NCBI GenBank assembly: GCA_016927565.1
Contig: JAFGMK010000019.1
Location: forward strand, 1-57,242
Length of the DNA: 57,242 nt
Source: Minisyncoccota bacterium
GTDB taxonomy: Bacteria > Patescibacteriota > Microgenomatia > PFEM01 > JAFGMK01
Reading direction: 5' to 3'
Under the pieces are notes generated by a model that saw only the letters and a program-made list of their open reading frames with translations, ran no database searches and was not told the origin of the DNA. Made by a program: the position numbers and the translations under genes. Positions 44,513 to 54,639 of the stretch are shown here, piece after piece (position 1 is the stretch's first letter; each line of letters begins with the position of its first letter).

Positions 44513-45945
44513 CCCTTTTGATTTTAATTATTTTGGCCGCTTCCTTTTTCCGGCTTTACCAAATCAGAGGGTACGCTATTTTTTTAGGCGACGAAGGCCG
44601 GGATGCTTTGGTGGTTAAAAGGATGATTGTCGACCGTGATTTAACTCTCTTGGGACCCAGAACCAGTGTGGGAGATTTATACTTAGGTCCGGCTTATTAT
44701 TACTTAATGACTCTCCCGCTTTGGTTGTCGCGATTGGATCCGGTTGGTCCGGCGATAATGGTTGCCTTATTAGGAGTAGCCACTGTTTTCCTGATTTACC
44801 TGATTGGTCAAGCCTTGTTCGGTCTTTCAACCGGCCTGGTCGCGGCCTCTCTTTATGCGGTTTCCCAACCGATTATCGAACACACCCGTTTTTCCTGGAA
44901 TCCGAATCCGATGCCTTTTTTTACCGGTTTGTCAATTTATGCCTTTTTAAGATTGATTAAAAATCAAAAAAGAATTTGGGCTTTTATTTTGGGGGCTTGT
45001 TTGGGAGTCTGTCTCCAGCTTCACTATTTGGGTTCAATTTTTATTCTGATGATTATTTTGCTTTGGGTCTTTTCCCGATCCCAGATTCCCAGGCGAACCT
45101 GGCTATTGGCTTTAGGGGCTTTTCTTTTAGTGCTGTCTCCCTTTATTCTTTTTGAATTCCGCCACAATTTTGTTGTCACCCGGAGTTTTCGGCGCTTTAT
45201 TAAAGAGGACGATAAGCTCGGTTTTAATTTGGGGAGTTATTTTAAAAGAGCTGGTTTTGTTTTCTGGCGGCTTTTTTCCCATTTTCTGGCTGTTGATCAG
45301 CGGTGGTTGGCCCTGGTTTTGGTTATCGGGGCTTTTTTTGGCTTTTTTAGTTTAGTTGGTAAAAACAAATCAGGCCGGCGTTTAATGTTTATCTGGTTAG
45401 CAGTCGGGGTTTCCGGCGCCGCTTTTTACACCGGCGATATTCATGATCATTATTTAGGTTTTTTGTTTTTAGTTCCTTTTCTCTTAACGGCGCTGTTTTT
45501 AGAAAGACTGAAAAAGACTAAATTTGGTTTTTTAGCCGTCTTGCTTTTTCTGGGAATCTTTGCCAAAAATCTTTTAAATCTTGATATCTTTGTCGGTCGG
45601 GCGCCTAACAATCAAATCCGGCGGGCGAAGGAAATCGGGGAAATAATCGCTCAGGATGCGCGGGGAAGTAGATTTAATTTGGCCTTAGTTTCGCCTACCA
45701 ATGATTTTCGGGCTATGAATTACCGCTATTTTGTTGAAATAAATGATGCTCAACCCGAGCATTATGACAACTATAGCGAACTCGAGACCTTATATGTGAT
45801 TGTCGAGCAAGAGGGTATTCCTTTAACTGATATGACTGCCTGGGAGATTGCCAGTTTTGGCGATTCAGAAACGATTGCCGAATGGCAACTTGAAGAATCA
45901 GGTTTTAAAATTTTAAAATTAGGCAAAAGGCCGGGGAAAAAATGA
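44479..45945 (+). CDS. GT-C glycosyltransferase (ArnT/PMT, GT39/83-like)
   Basis: GDEGRD acidic first-loop motif, more than 10 TM helices, soluble C-terminal domain. Confidence 0.75.
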   Translation: MGANASKRKRIALLILIILAASFFRLYQIRGYAIFLGDEGRDALVVKRMIVDRDLTLLGPRTSVGDLYLGPAYYYLMTLPLWLSRLDPVGPAIMVALLGVATVFLIYLIGQALFGLSTGLVAASLYAVSQPIIEHTRFSWNPNPMPFFTGLSIYAFLRLIKNQKRIWAFILGACLGVCLQLHYLGSIFILMIILLWVFSRSQIPRRTWLLALGAFLLVLSPFILFEFRHNFVVTRSFRRFIKEDDKLGFNLGSYFKRAGFVFWRLFSHFLAVDQRWLALVLVIGAFFGFFSLVGKNKSGRRLMFIWLAVGVSGAAFYTGDIHDHYLGFLFLVPFLLTALFLERLKKTKFGFLAVLLFLGIFAKNLLNLDIFVGRAPNNQIRRAKEIGEIIAQDARGSRFNLALVSPTNDFRAMNYRYFVEINDAQPEHYDNYSELETLYVIVEQEGIPLTDMTAWEIASFGDSETIAEWQLEESGFKILKLGKRPGKK

Positions 45946-46019
45946 AAAAAATGACAAAATACCTTCAAAGTGAAACGTCCGGGCACTTTGAGGGTGAGTT
46001 AAAAAGTGGAGGTTAAAAG

Positions 46020-46829
46020 ATGGGGAAATTTTTTTTATCAGTCGTTATCCCTTGTTATAACGAAGAAGCCAATCTGAAAAGAGGGGTGCTTAAAGAGGTG
46101 GCTGATTATCTCAAGCAACAAAGTTACTCGTGGGAGGTTTTGGTTTCCGATGACGGTTCGACGGACAGGAGTCTGGCTCTAATAAGTGCCTTTGTTAAAA
46201 AAAATCCCGGTTTCCGGGTTTTGAAAAACAAACATGGCGGTAAGCCCTGGGCGGTATCCCGGGGAATCAAAGAAGCCCGGGGTCAATTGACTCTTTTAAC
46301 CGACATGGACCAGTCAACTTCAATAGATCAATTGGAAAAATTGTTGCCTTGGGTTAGCAGGGATTATCCGGTGGTAATCGGCTCCCGGGGAATGGAACGG
46401 AAGGGATTTCCTTTTTTTAGAAAGGTCGGCGCCATGGTTTTTCGGCAATTCAGAGGTTTTTTTATTCTTAAAGAAATTAGTGACACTCAATGCGGTTTTA
46501 AACTGTTCCGGAGTGATTTGCTGAAAGAAACCTTCCCTCAGCTTGATGCCCTGGGTAGGATTGCCTCCGGCTGGACGGTAACTTCTTTTGATGTCGAACT
46601 TTTATTTATGCTTCAAAAAAGAGGTGCCAGAATCAAAGAAGTTTTAGTTTCCTGGCAGGATCGGGATGCCAGCGTGACCAAGGGTAAGGCCGGGAAGTCT
46701 TCAAACTTAAGAAGTTATCTGGCACGATATTTTAAAGAATCCAGGGATATGGCCAGGCAGGTTCTCAAAGTGATTTTAAACAACTGGCGGGGAAAGTACG
46801 ATCGGCAACCATCAGACATCAAAATTTAG
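46020..46829 (+). CDS. polyprenyl-phosphate glycosyltransferase (GT2)
   Basis: LSVVIPCYNEEANL, VSDDGSTD, TDMDQS. Confidence 0.85.
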   Translation: MGKFFLSVVIPCYNEEANLKRGVLKEVADYLKQQSYSWEVLVSDDGSTDRSLALISAFVKKNPGFRVLKNKHGGKPWAVSRGIKEARGQLTLLTDMDQSTSIDQLEKLLPWVSRDYPVVIGSRGMERKGFPFFRKVGAMVFRQFRGFFILKEISDTQCGFKLFRSDLLKETFPQLDALGRIASGWTVTSFDVELLFMLQKRGARIKEVLVSWQDRDASVTKGKAGKSSNLRSYLARYFKESRDMARQVLKVILNNWRGKYDRQPSDIKI

Positions 46830-46850
46830 AAATCTGAAATTATCCAATAA

Positions 46851-48437
46851 ATGAGCAATCACCCACATTCTTTGGTAATAAATTCACCTTCCGGGCGTTT
46901 GTATATTTCATCCGTAAATTGTTTACGAATTTTTTTCCTAAGCTTAATTATCATTCTTTTCTTTTTACTTCGTTTGCCCAATTTAACTCTTTTGCCGGTT
47001 TTTGCCGATGAGGCCATCTATCTCCGTTGGGCTCAGGTGATGAAATCTGAGCCGACTTTACGCTTCTTGCCGCTTTCCGATGGCAAACAACCTCTTTTTA
47101 TGTGGCTGGTAATGATTTTCTTAAAGTTTTTTAAAAACCCGCTTTATTGTGGCCGGGCAATTTCAGTTTTTTCCGGCCTGGGTTCGCTGGCGGGTATTTT
47201 TTTCTTGGGTAGATTAGTTTTTGATGATCAAAGGGTGGGTTTGGCCGGGGCTTTTTTTTATGCGATTACTCCTTTCTTTGTTTTTTTTGATCGGATGGCT
47301 TTGGTTGACAGCCTTTTGACTTGTCTGGTAATTTGGTTTTTTGTTTTTTCCATCTGGTTGGCTAAAAATCCTCGGTTGGATTTAGCCATGATCTCCGGAA
47401 TTATTTTGGGCTTGGCGCTGATTACCAAATCACCGGGTTTGTTTTTAGCATTTTTGCTGCCCGCCACCCTTCTTTGGTTTAGACCGGAAAGGAAAAAAAA
47501 CCGGAAAAAAAAGTTGTCTTTGTTTCGGTTGGGGATTTTTTGGCTGGTGATTTGGTTTTTTGGCTTTGTAATTTATAACTTATTGCGTCTGGGACCTAAT
47601 TTTGGCCTGATCAGCTCCCGTAATCAGGATTATGTCTTTTCATTGGCGGAGGTTTTGTCCCATCCTCTTGACCCTCTTCGGCCGCATTTGAACGATTTGA
47701 GACAATGGCTGCCTAATCTTTTTACTTGGCCGATTTTAGGTTTGGCGATTTGGGGTGTGATCCGGGGGTTTAAATCTCCCTCGATTAAAGCAGTCATTTT
47801 CCTTTTGACTATCGCTGGCTTGCCGGTTTTGGCTCAGGCCGGCATTGCCCGGGTTTTTACCCCCCGTTATTTGCTTTTCGCCGTTTGGCCGGTTAGTTTG
47901 CTGGCGGCTTTTGGCCTGGTCAGCCTGTCCGGACGGCGGCCGAAATATCAAGCCTGGTTGATTTTAGTCTTTTTGATTTGGCCGCTTTTTTACAATTGGC
48001 ATCTCTTAACTGATCCGCCAAAAGCGCCCCTGCCGCGGAAAATGAGATCTGGCTATTTGGAGGAATGGACTTCGGGTAGCGGTATTCTGGAAGCAGCTGA
48101 TTTTATCAAAGAAAGACTGAGGAGCGGCCGGGCTGAGAAGGTTTTGGTCGGAACTGAGGGTTATTTCGGCACTTTGCCGGACGGATTGCAAATCTATCTT
48201 AATCATTTTCCCGGGGTGGTGGTTTTGGGGGTCGGTCAACCAATCCGGCAGGTGCCTCCGGAGCTTTTAAGCGCCACGGTAGATAATGAAGTTTATTTAG
48301 TGGTTAATCAATCGAGGATGTTTGTTCCCCAAGATCCGCGGCTGGAATTAATCAAGAAATACCCTAAAGCTATTGGTCCCGACAACCAAGACTTTTTACT
48401 TTTGTATCAAGTCAAAAATACAAAGCCGGGGGCGTGA
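46851..48437 (+). CDS. GT-C glycosyltransferase (ArnT/PMT-like)
   Basis: FADEAIYLRWA first-loop DE motif, polytopic, C-terminal periplasmic-type domain. Confidence 0.75.
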   Translation: MSNHPHSLVINSPSGRLYISSVNCLRIFFLSLIIILFFLLRLPNLTLLPVFADEAIYLRWAQVMKSEPTLRFLPLSDGKQPLFMWLVMIFLKFFKNPLYCGRAISVFSGLGSLAGIFFLGRLVFDDQRVGLAGAFFYAITPFFVFFDRMALVDSLLTCLVIWFFVFSIWLAKNPRLDLAMISGIILGLALITKSPGLFLAFLLPATLLWFRPERKKNRKKKLSLFRLGIFWLVIWFFGFVIYNLLRLGPNFGLISSRNQDYVFSLAEVLSHPLDPLRPHLNDLRQWLPNLFTWPILGLAIWGVIRGFKSPSIKAVIFLLTIAGLPVLAQAGIARVFTPRYLLFAVWPVSLLAAFGLVSLSGRRPKYQAWLILVFLIWPLFYNWHLLTDPPKAPLPRKMRSGYLEEWTSGSGILEAADFIKERLRSGRAEKVLVGTEGYFGTLPDGLQIYLNHFPGVVVLGVGQPIRQVPPELLSATVDNEVYLVVNQSRMFVPQDPRLELIKKYPKAIGPDNQDFLLLYQVKNTKPGA

Positions 48438-48472
48438 ATAGATTTTCACCCTGAGGGCGCAACTTTATTGCT

Positions 48473-49000
48473 ATGACTGAAGAGCTTAAGATTTATATAA
48501 CTAATCCTGGAAAGATTGAGAGGAAGTTAAATTCTATTGGCGCAATTTTTGTCAGTGAAATGCAAATTGTGGATACTTACTTCGATATGCCGGGAATGGT
48601 ATTAAAACTTACCGAGACTAAAGATCGGTCTTTCTTGACCCAGTTACAAGCAGAAGATGGGGGATTCAAGTTTATCAAGGAAGAGGACGTAGAAAATATC
48701 AACGAAACAAAAAGCAAACTTGGAAAAAGATACGGCATCAAAACAATACTTAAGAAGAAAAAAAAGAACTGGGTTTATAAGGACTTCAAGATAAATTTAA
48801 ACCTATTTGACGATATCGGAAGTTTTTTAATAGTAGAAGGGGAAAAAGTCACTCCTGAAATATTTTCCAAGACTTTAAACATTGAGCGCCCTAAGTATTT
48901 GACGAAATCATTTGCTCAGTTAAAATTAGAATTACGGCAAAAGTACCCCGGAGATATCTTGGGTACACGACTACCCCAAAGGCGTAAGGATAAAAAATGA
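48473..49000 (+). CDS. CYTH-domain protein (CyaB/ThTPase-like)
   Basis: N-terminal ELKIYI, QIVDTYFD, VLKLTE, NLFDDIGSFLIVEGE pattern. Confidence 0.65.
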   Translation: MTEELKIYITNPGKIERKLNSIGAIFVSEMQIVDTYFDMPGMVLKLTETKDRSFLTQLQAEDGGFKFIKEEDVENINETKSKLGKRYGIKTILKKKKKNWVYKDFKINLNLFDDIGSFLIVEGEKVTPEIFSKTLNIERPKYLTKSFAQLKLELRQKYPGDILGTRLPQRRKDKK

Positions 49001-50757
49001 GAATGAAAAAAAGCCAATTTCTGTTTTTTTTGGCCGTAGTTTTATCTTTTTTTGCTTGGCAGACACTTTTAAAGCCGGGTTATTTTTCGATGCATGATGA
49101 CATGCAGGCTTTTCGTTTGCTTGAGATGGATAAGTGTTTCCGCGATTCTCAACTGCCCTGTCGGTGGGTGCCTGATGCCGGCTTTGGTTATGGTTATCCT
49201 CTTTTTAATTATTACCCGCCCCTGCCTTATTATTTGGCCCAATTAATCCACTCGTTAGGATTTTCTATCTTAGATAGTATTAAAGCCGTTTTTATTCTTG
49301 GTTTTCTTATTGCCGCTGGCACAATGTATCTTTTGGGCCAATCGCTTTGGGGGCCCTGGGGGGGATTTTTAGCCAGTATTTTATATAGCTTTGCGCCTTA
49401 TCATGCGGTTGATATCTATGCTCGGGGAGCGCTGAATGAATTTTGGGCTTTTGCCTGGTTTCCTGCAGTTTTCTTCTCGATATATCGATATATCGAGACT
49501 GAGAAAAAGAAATACTTATTGGGCTTTGCTCTTTTTTATGCCCTGCTGTTTCTAACTCATAATCTGATGGTTCTGATCTTTACTCCGGTGGCTATAGGCT
49601 GGCTGGTTTTAAATCTCTTATCTTTTAAAAAAGTCAGGCTTTGGTCACGGTTTATCGGTTCGTCTTTATTATCGCTTGGCCTGGCAGCTTTTTTTGTCTT
49701 TCCGGTGGTTTTGGAAAAAAAACTGGTTCATCTGGAAACGATGATTGTCGGCTATTTTAATTATCTGGCTCATTTTGTTTCTTTGAATCAATTATTCTTA
49801 AGGCGGAACTGGGGTTATGACGCTTCGGTCTGGGGAATGGAGGAAGATTTGAGTTTTCAAATCGGCTGGCCCCATTGGTGGCTGGCCTTCCTCGTTATTC
49901 CTCTGGCTTTTTTTCTGCCTAAAAATAAAGAGGACGAAAAAAAAAGACGACTGATTTTCTATTTTCTTATCTTCGGACTGACAGCGGCTTTTTTGACTCA
50001 TCCGCGGTCGACCTTTTTGTGGAAAAAATTGCCTTTTCTGGAATATCTTCAGTTTCCCTGGCGATTCTTGTCCTTAGTTATCTTTTCTTTTTCGCTTTTG
50101 GCCGGAGCATTGCCGTTTATTCTGAAACGAATAATTCAAAATCAGAAGAGGAGCCGGAACAATTCAAAAGTATCTGAATTTAAGACGGTCTCGGATCAGC
50201 AGGGCCGGATTTTTATTTCTTTTGTCACTCTTGCTCTGGCCGCTTCCGCCATCCTTTTAAACGCCCCCTATTTTAAAGAAGATATTTGGTATTGGCATTT
50301 GACTGACAGCCAAAGATTCTCTGATCCTGGACAATGGGAGCGTCAAATAACTTCGGGCATCTTCGATTATTTGCCTAAAAGCGCTCCTTTCCCGCCGGGT
50401 GAAGCTGCTTTAAAAAGTCCCTGGTTCGAATCGGGTGAAGGAGAGATAATAAATTATCAACGGGGTACAAATTGGTATCGGTTTCAGGTTCGGGTGGTTT
50501 CTGATGAGGCAGTGATTAAAATTCCGACGTTTGATTTCCCCGATTGGGAGCTTAAAGTCGATCAGGAAGTGCGGTCTTTTGAGGCTGACAAAGAATTAGG
50601 TCGCCCCTTTTTTTACCTTTCCCAGGGAGAATATAGGGTAAGTTTTGAACTTAAAAATACTCCGATTAGAGTTTTTTCCAATTGGCTCTCATTAATTTCC
50701 TGGCTGGGTTTTTTTTGGCTGGCATTCAAATATTCATCTGCTGAAAAAGCGGAGTAG
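48997..50757 (+). CDS. polytopic membrane protein, GT-C-like (PTPS-related/YfhO-like)
   Basis: HDDMQAFRLLEMDKC..RWVPDAGFGYGYPLFNYYPPLPYY, more than 10 TM helices, beta-rich C-terminal domain. Confidence 0.65.
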   Translation: MRMKKSQFLFFLAVVLSFFAWQTLLKPGYFSMHDDMQAFRLLEMDKCFRDSQLPCRWVPDAGFGYGYPLFNYYPPLPYYLAQLIHSLGFSILDSIKAVFILGFLIAAGTMYLLGQSLWGPWGGFLASILYSFAPYHAVDIYARGALNEFWAFAWFPAVFFSIYRYIETEKKKYLLGFALFYALLFLTHNLMVLIFTPVAIGWLVLNLLSFKKVRLWSRFIGSSLLSLGLAAFFVFPVVLEKKLVHLETMIVGYFNYLAHFVSLNQLFLRRNWGYDASVWGMEEDLSFQIGWPHWWLAFLVIPLAFFLPKNKEDEKKRRLIFYFLIFGLTAAFLTHPRSTFLWKKLPFLEYLQFPWRFLSLVIFSFSLLAGALPFILKRIIQNQKRSRNNSKVSEFKTVSDQQGRIFISFVTLALAASAILLNAPYFKEDIWYWHLTDSQRFSDPGQWERQITSGIFDYLPKSAPFPPGEAALKSPWFESGEGEIINYQRGTNWYRFQVRVVSDEAVIKIPTFDFPDWELKVDQEVRSFEADKELGRPFFYLSQGEYRVSFELKNTPIRVFSNWLSLISWLGFFWLAFKYSSAEKAE

Positions 50758-50811
50758 CCGGTCTTGTTTTATTCTGCTGTCGGCGCTTCCTCTTGTGTTA
50801 AAATAGCAACT

Positions 50812-52287
50812 ATGGCGGGAAAATTGTCTGCTTCGGGAATTAATTTGGATATCATCAAAAAACGGGCGGTTAAAGGAGTGGCGGCTTTAGCCGGGAAGAC
50901 TTTTTTGCTCCAGGTGATTTCTTTTTTTGGCTTTTTTTATTTAACGGTTTTTTTAGACCAGGCCGAAATCGGTCTTTTTTTTGCAATTTCAGAGGTGGTG
51001 GCAATCTTGGGCTATTTTTCTGATATTGGTTTAGCTGCGGCCCTGATCCAGAAAAAAGGCCGTTTAAAAAAAATTGACATTCAAAGTACTTTTACGATTC
51101 AGCAGGCAATTGTTTTGCTGTTGATTTTAACCAGTTTAATTCTGACTCCCCGGATCGTCCGCTTCTATAATATCTCCCCTGCCGGACTTTGGTTGTTTAG
51201 GAGTTTGCTGGCCGGTTTTTTTTTCGCTTCACTAAAGACAATTCCTTCAGTTTTGCTGGAGCGGAAACTCCGTTTTGATTATCTGGTTTTGGTGGAATTA
51301 GTTGAAAATCTTTTGTTTTATGGTCTTTCGGTCTGGTTGGCCTGGCGAGGTTTGGGCGTCAATGCCTATGCTTGGGCTGTTTTAGCCAGGGGATTAGTCG
51401 GGGCTGTTCTGATTTATTTTCTTTCGCCGTGGCCGATCGGTTTGGCTTTTGAGGCTGCTTCTCTGCGGCGCTTGCTTCATTTCGGCGTTCCTTATCAGGC
51501 TAATACGGTTTTGGCGGTGATTAAGGATCGGTTAATGAATGTCTTTTTGTGGAAAATTATCGGTGCTTCAGGAGTGGGAATTTTAGGTTGGGGCCAAAAA
51601 TGGGCTCAGATGCCTTTGCGGTTTGTGATGGATCCGGTTATGCGGGTGACTTTTCCGGCTTTTTCCCGGCTTCAACGACTTCTGGGTCAGTTTAAGAAAG
51701 CCCTAGAATTTTCTCTTTTTGCCATTTCATCATTGGCCTTTCCGCTTTTAACCGGCTTGGCTCTTCTGGCCCGGCCTTTAATCGGAATGATTCCCAAGTA
51801 CCAGAAATGGGAGGCGGCTTTGGTGCCGCTTTATCTTTTTTGTTTTAATGCCTTTTGGGGAGCAATTACCACGCCTTTGACTAATGCCTTTAACGCCGTC
51901 GGCAGGATTAAGGTTACCTTTAAATTGATGATCCTCTGGACCGGATTAACTTGGATTTTGACGCCGGCCCTGGCAATTAAGTTTGGTTTTTTAGGAGCGG
52001 CTTGGGCTTTAGGTTTAGTGCCCATTTCTTCTTTATTGGTTTTTCGTCTCGCTCAAAAAGAGTTTAAGATCAGGGTTTTCAAATCAATCAGCGCCCCCCT
52101 GCTGAGCAGTTTCCTAATGAGTCTTTATCTCTTTTTTCTGCCCTGTGTTTTTCCTTTTTCCGGCTGGCTACATCTGATTTTAGCGATCTTAAGCGGGGGT
52201 TTAATTTATTTGTTCTTCCTTTTTATTTTTGCTCGGGGAAATTTTATTAAGGGATGGAGGATGATGAAAAATGCTTTCGATCGTTAG
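50812..52287 (+). CDS. Wzx-like oligosaccharide/polysaccharide flippase (MOP superfamily)
   Basis: About 14 TM helices; N-terminus (KGVAALAGKTFLLQVISF) typical of the polysaccharide biosynthesis protein family. Confidence 0.8.
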   Translation: MAGKLSASGINLDIIKKRAVKGVAALAGKTFLLQVISFFGFFYLTVFLDQAEIGLFFAISEVVAILGYFSDIGLAAALIQKKGRLKKIDIQSTFTIQQAIVLLLILTSLILTPRIVRFYNISPAGLWLFRSLLAGFFFASLKTIPSVLLERKLRFDYLVLVELVENLLFYGLSVWLAWRGLGVNAYAWAVLARGLVGAVLIYFLSPWPIGLAFEAASLRRLLHFGVPYQANTVLAVIKDRLMNVFLWKIIGASGVGILGWGQKWAQMPLRFVMDPVMRVTFPAFSRLQRLLGQFKKALEFSLFAISSLAFPLLTGLALLARPLIGMIPKYQKWEAALVPLYLFCFNAFWGAITTPLTNAFNAVGRIKVTFKLMILWTGLTWILTPALAIKFGFLGAAWALGLVPISSLLVFRLAQKEFKIRVFKSISAPLLSSFLMSLYLFFLPCVFPFSGWLHLILAILSGGLIYLFFLFIFARGNFIKGWRMMKNAFDR

Positions 52288-54313
52288 TTTTTGTTTTTCT
52301 TTGATTCTTTTCCTGGTGGCAGTTTTCTGCTGTCTTTTTTTGCCCGGTTTTTGGCTGGTGAAAAAAAACAGATTTAAGGTTGACGGGGCGGAAATTTTAG
52401 CGGTTTCATTGAGCTTGGGAATAGTCCTTTTTGTTTTAACATCAATTGTTTTAGGCTTTCTGAAAATCCGGTTTTTATTACTTTGGCTGATTCTTTTGGC
52501 AGATTTTTTGATCTTGAGGCGTTACGGCCGGGAGCCTTTTTTTGTTCTTTGCCCTTGTCGCTGGCAGATTAAAAAAAGAAATTTTTTCTGGTTCGGCTTG
52601 ACTTTGGGGTTTATAACTCAAATTTGGATAAATGTTTTTTCCGGCTGGTTATATGCTGACGGAATCCGTTTCTGGTCCGCTCACGGTCATGACGCGGTTT
52701 GGCATGGCAGTCTGATGCAGGAAATTGCTGTTCATTTCCCGCCCCGGATGCGTTTTATCGGTAATCTTCCTCTGAAGAATTATCATTTCTTTGTTGACAT
52801 TCTTTTAGGTGAATTTCATCGGCTGTTCGGTTTCAATCCAATGGATCTTTATTTCCGCCACTTTAGCTTCGTTTTCGCTTTTTTGTTCTTGCTGAATGTT
52901 TTTGTTTTTGTCCGTAATTGGAGTGATGAAGCGGCCGGTCTTTGGGCAATGCTTTTGACTGTTTTCTCCGGTAGTTTTGGCTTTTTGGTAACGCTGGGGC
53001 GAAACAAGACTCTTTTCGGAGTCAGGAGTGAATCGATTTTCTGGGTTTCCCAGGGAAATACGGCGATCGGCAATCCGCCGCAAATGATTGCTTTTATTTT
53101 GTTTTTAGCCTTTTTAAATCTCTTCTGCCGTTTTTTAAAAGAGCCGAATAATTTCCGGCTGATTACTTTGGGAATTTTGGGGGGAATGTTATTTGGTTTT
53201 AAAATTTATGCCGGGGCGACGATCCTGGCGGGATTGGGATTATTGGCTGGCTATGAATTGGTTTTTTTAAAAAAAACCCAGGCCTTAAAGGTTTTCTTGG
53301 TTGTTTTACTGCCGGCCTTGGTTATCTTTTTTTCCACCACTCAGAAAGGGGGCAGTTTTTTAGTTCTTAAACCTTTTTGGTTTGTCAGGACGATGGTAGT
53401 TGCCGGTGACCGTTTGGGTTGGAACGACCTTGAGATGCGACGGCAATTCTATCAAAGTTTGGGTGGTTGGCGGGGTTGGATAAGAGTGATTCAGTTTGAG
53501 TCTCTGGCTTTGGCGATTTTTACCTTGGGTAATTTAGGAACTAAAGTTTTGGGCTTTTCTAAAGTTTTCCAGATCCTTGCCTCCAGAAAAAAAATTGTTT
53601 CTTTTAATCTTTTCTTATTTTTTGGCCTTTTGGCCTGCTCGCTTACTCCTCATGTCTTTGTCCAAAAGGGGATTGCCTGGAACACGGTTCAATTTTTTCA
53701 TTATTTTGTTTTATTGATGGGCCTTTTTAGCGGAGCAACGGTTGCCGGAATCCTTCAAAAGAGCAGGAATCGGCTTAAGCCGATCTTTATTGCCTTTCTG
53801 GTTCTCTTTTCTGTCCCCACTGTTTTGGCGGATCTTAAATTCTTTTCACCCCGGAACGCTTTGGCAATAGTGGAAAACGAAGAGCTCCGGGCACTTGAAT
53901 TTTTGAAAAAACACACGAGTCCTGAGGAGTTGATTTTAACTGTGCCTTATGATCGTTGGGCGGCGGCCGGCCATCCCGGCCAACCCCGGCCGATCTACAG
54001 CTGGGATTCGACCGGCTATGTTTCTTATTTTACCAATCGGCCGACCTTTTTATCGGATCAGGCCCAAGTGGAAATTATGGGTTATCCGGAAGGCAAGGAA
54101 AGGCTGGCCGATCTTTACCGGTATTTGTTTTACAGCGGGAGTGGTCAGGAGATTGACAGAAATCCTCAGAAAGCCCGACAATTTCTTGAAAAAAACAAAT
54201 TGAGATTTGTTTATCTGGTTTATGATCAGAAATTCAGCTTTAATCCTGAAGAAGCAGGTCTGGAGGAAATCTATCGCAATCAGGTTGCCCGGATCTACCG
54301 ATTAAAAAATTAG
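52271..54313 (+). CDS. large polytopic membrane protein, paralogue A (unclassified, GT-C-like)
   Basis: FWSAHGHDAVWHGSLMQE, LKNYHFFVD, C-terminal ELRALEFLKKHT...; collinear with 54640-56610. Confidence 0.65.
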   Translation: MLSIVSFCFSLILFLVAVFCCLFLPGFWLVKKNRFKVDGAEILAVSLSLGIVLFVLTSIVLGFLKIRFLLLWLILLADFLILRRYGREPFFVLCPCRWQIKKRNFFWFGLTLGFITQIWINVFSGWLYADGIRFWSAHGHDAVWHGSLMQEIAVHFPPRMRFIGNLPLKNYHFFVDILLGEFHRLFGFNPMDLYFRHFSFVFAFLFLLNVFVFVRNWSDEAAGLWAMLLTVFSGSFGFLVTLGRNKTLFGVRSESIFWVSQGNTAIGNPPQMIAFILFLAFLNLFCRFLKEPNNFRLITLGILGGMLFGFKIYAGATILAGLGLLAGYELVFLKKTQALKVFLVVLLPALVIFFSTTQKGGSFLVLKPFWFVRTMVVAGDRLGWNDLEMRRQFYQSLGGWRGWIRVIQFESLALAIFTLGNLGTKVLGFSKVFQILASRKKIVSFNLFLFFGLLACSLTPHVFVQKGIAWNTVQFFHYFVLLMGLFSGATVAGILQKSRNRLKPIFIAFLVLFSVPTVLADLKFFSPRNALAIVENEELRALEFLKKHTSPEELILTVPYDRWAAAGHPGQPRPIYSWDSTGYVSYFTNRPTFLSDQAQVEIMGYPEGKERLADLYRYLFYSGSGQEIDRNPQKARQFLEKNKLRFVYLVYDQKFSFNPEEAGLEEIYRNQVARIYRLKN

Positions 54314-54365
54314 ACGGAGATGGTTTTCTAAAAAGAAATGGCAGTCGCCATTTACCAAAAAATTA

Positions 54366-54608
54366 ATGATTGAGACAGGGGGGGTGTTTTCTCTTCTTGA
54401 GATTCTTCGTAATGAGCTCATGTCTCCAGAATTACAGCAAAGGTTCGCGAATTATAAGACCGAAAGAGATTTGGTCTTGAAGATGGGGCATGAATCAGGA
54501 ACATTATCTCCGCAGTCTAATTATCTTCCTCGGGCTGTTGAAACTCGGCTGCTGGCTAAATACGGCCTCTTAAACCTTTGGGCCGAGGATGATCCCGTTG
54601 AGGGTTAG
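54366..54608 (+). CDS. hypothetical small protein
   Basis: 80-aa ORF between the two paralogues; no recognised motif. Confidence 0.4.
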   Translation: MIETGGVFSLLEILRNELMSPELQQRFANYKTERDLVLKMGHESGTLSPQSNYLPRAVETRLLAKYGLLNLWAEDDPVEG

Positions 54609-54639
54609 CAGTAAATTCATGTGTTAAAATAGGGACGGG

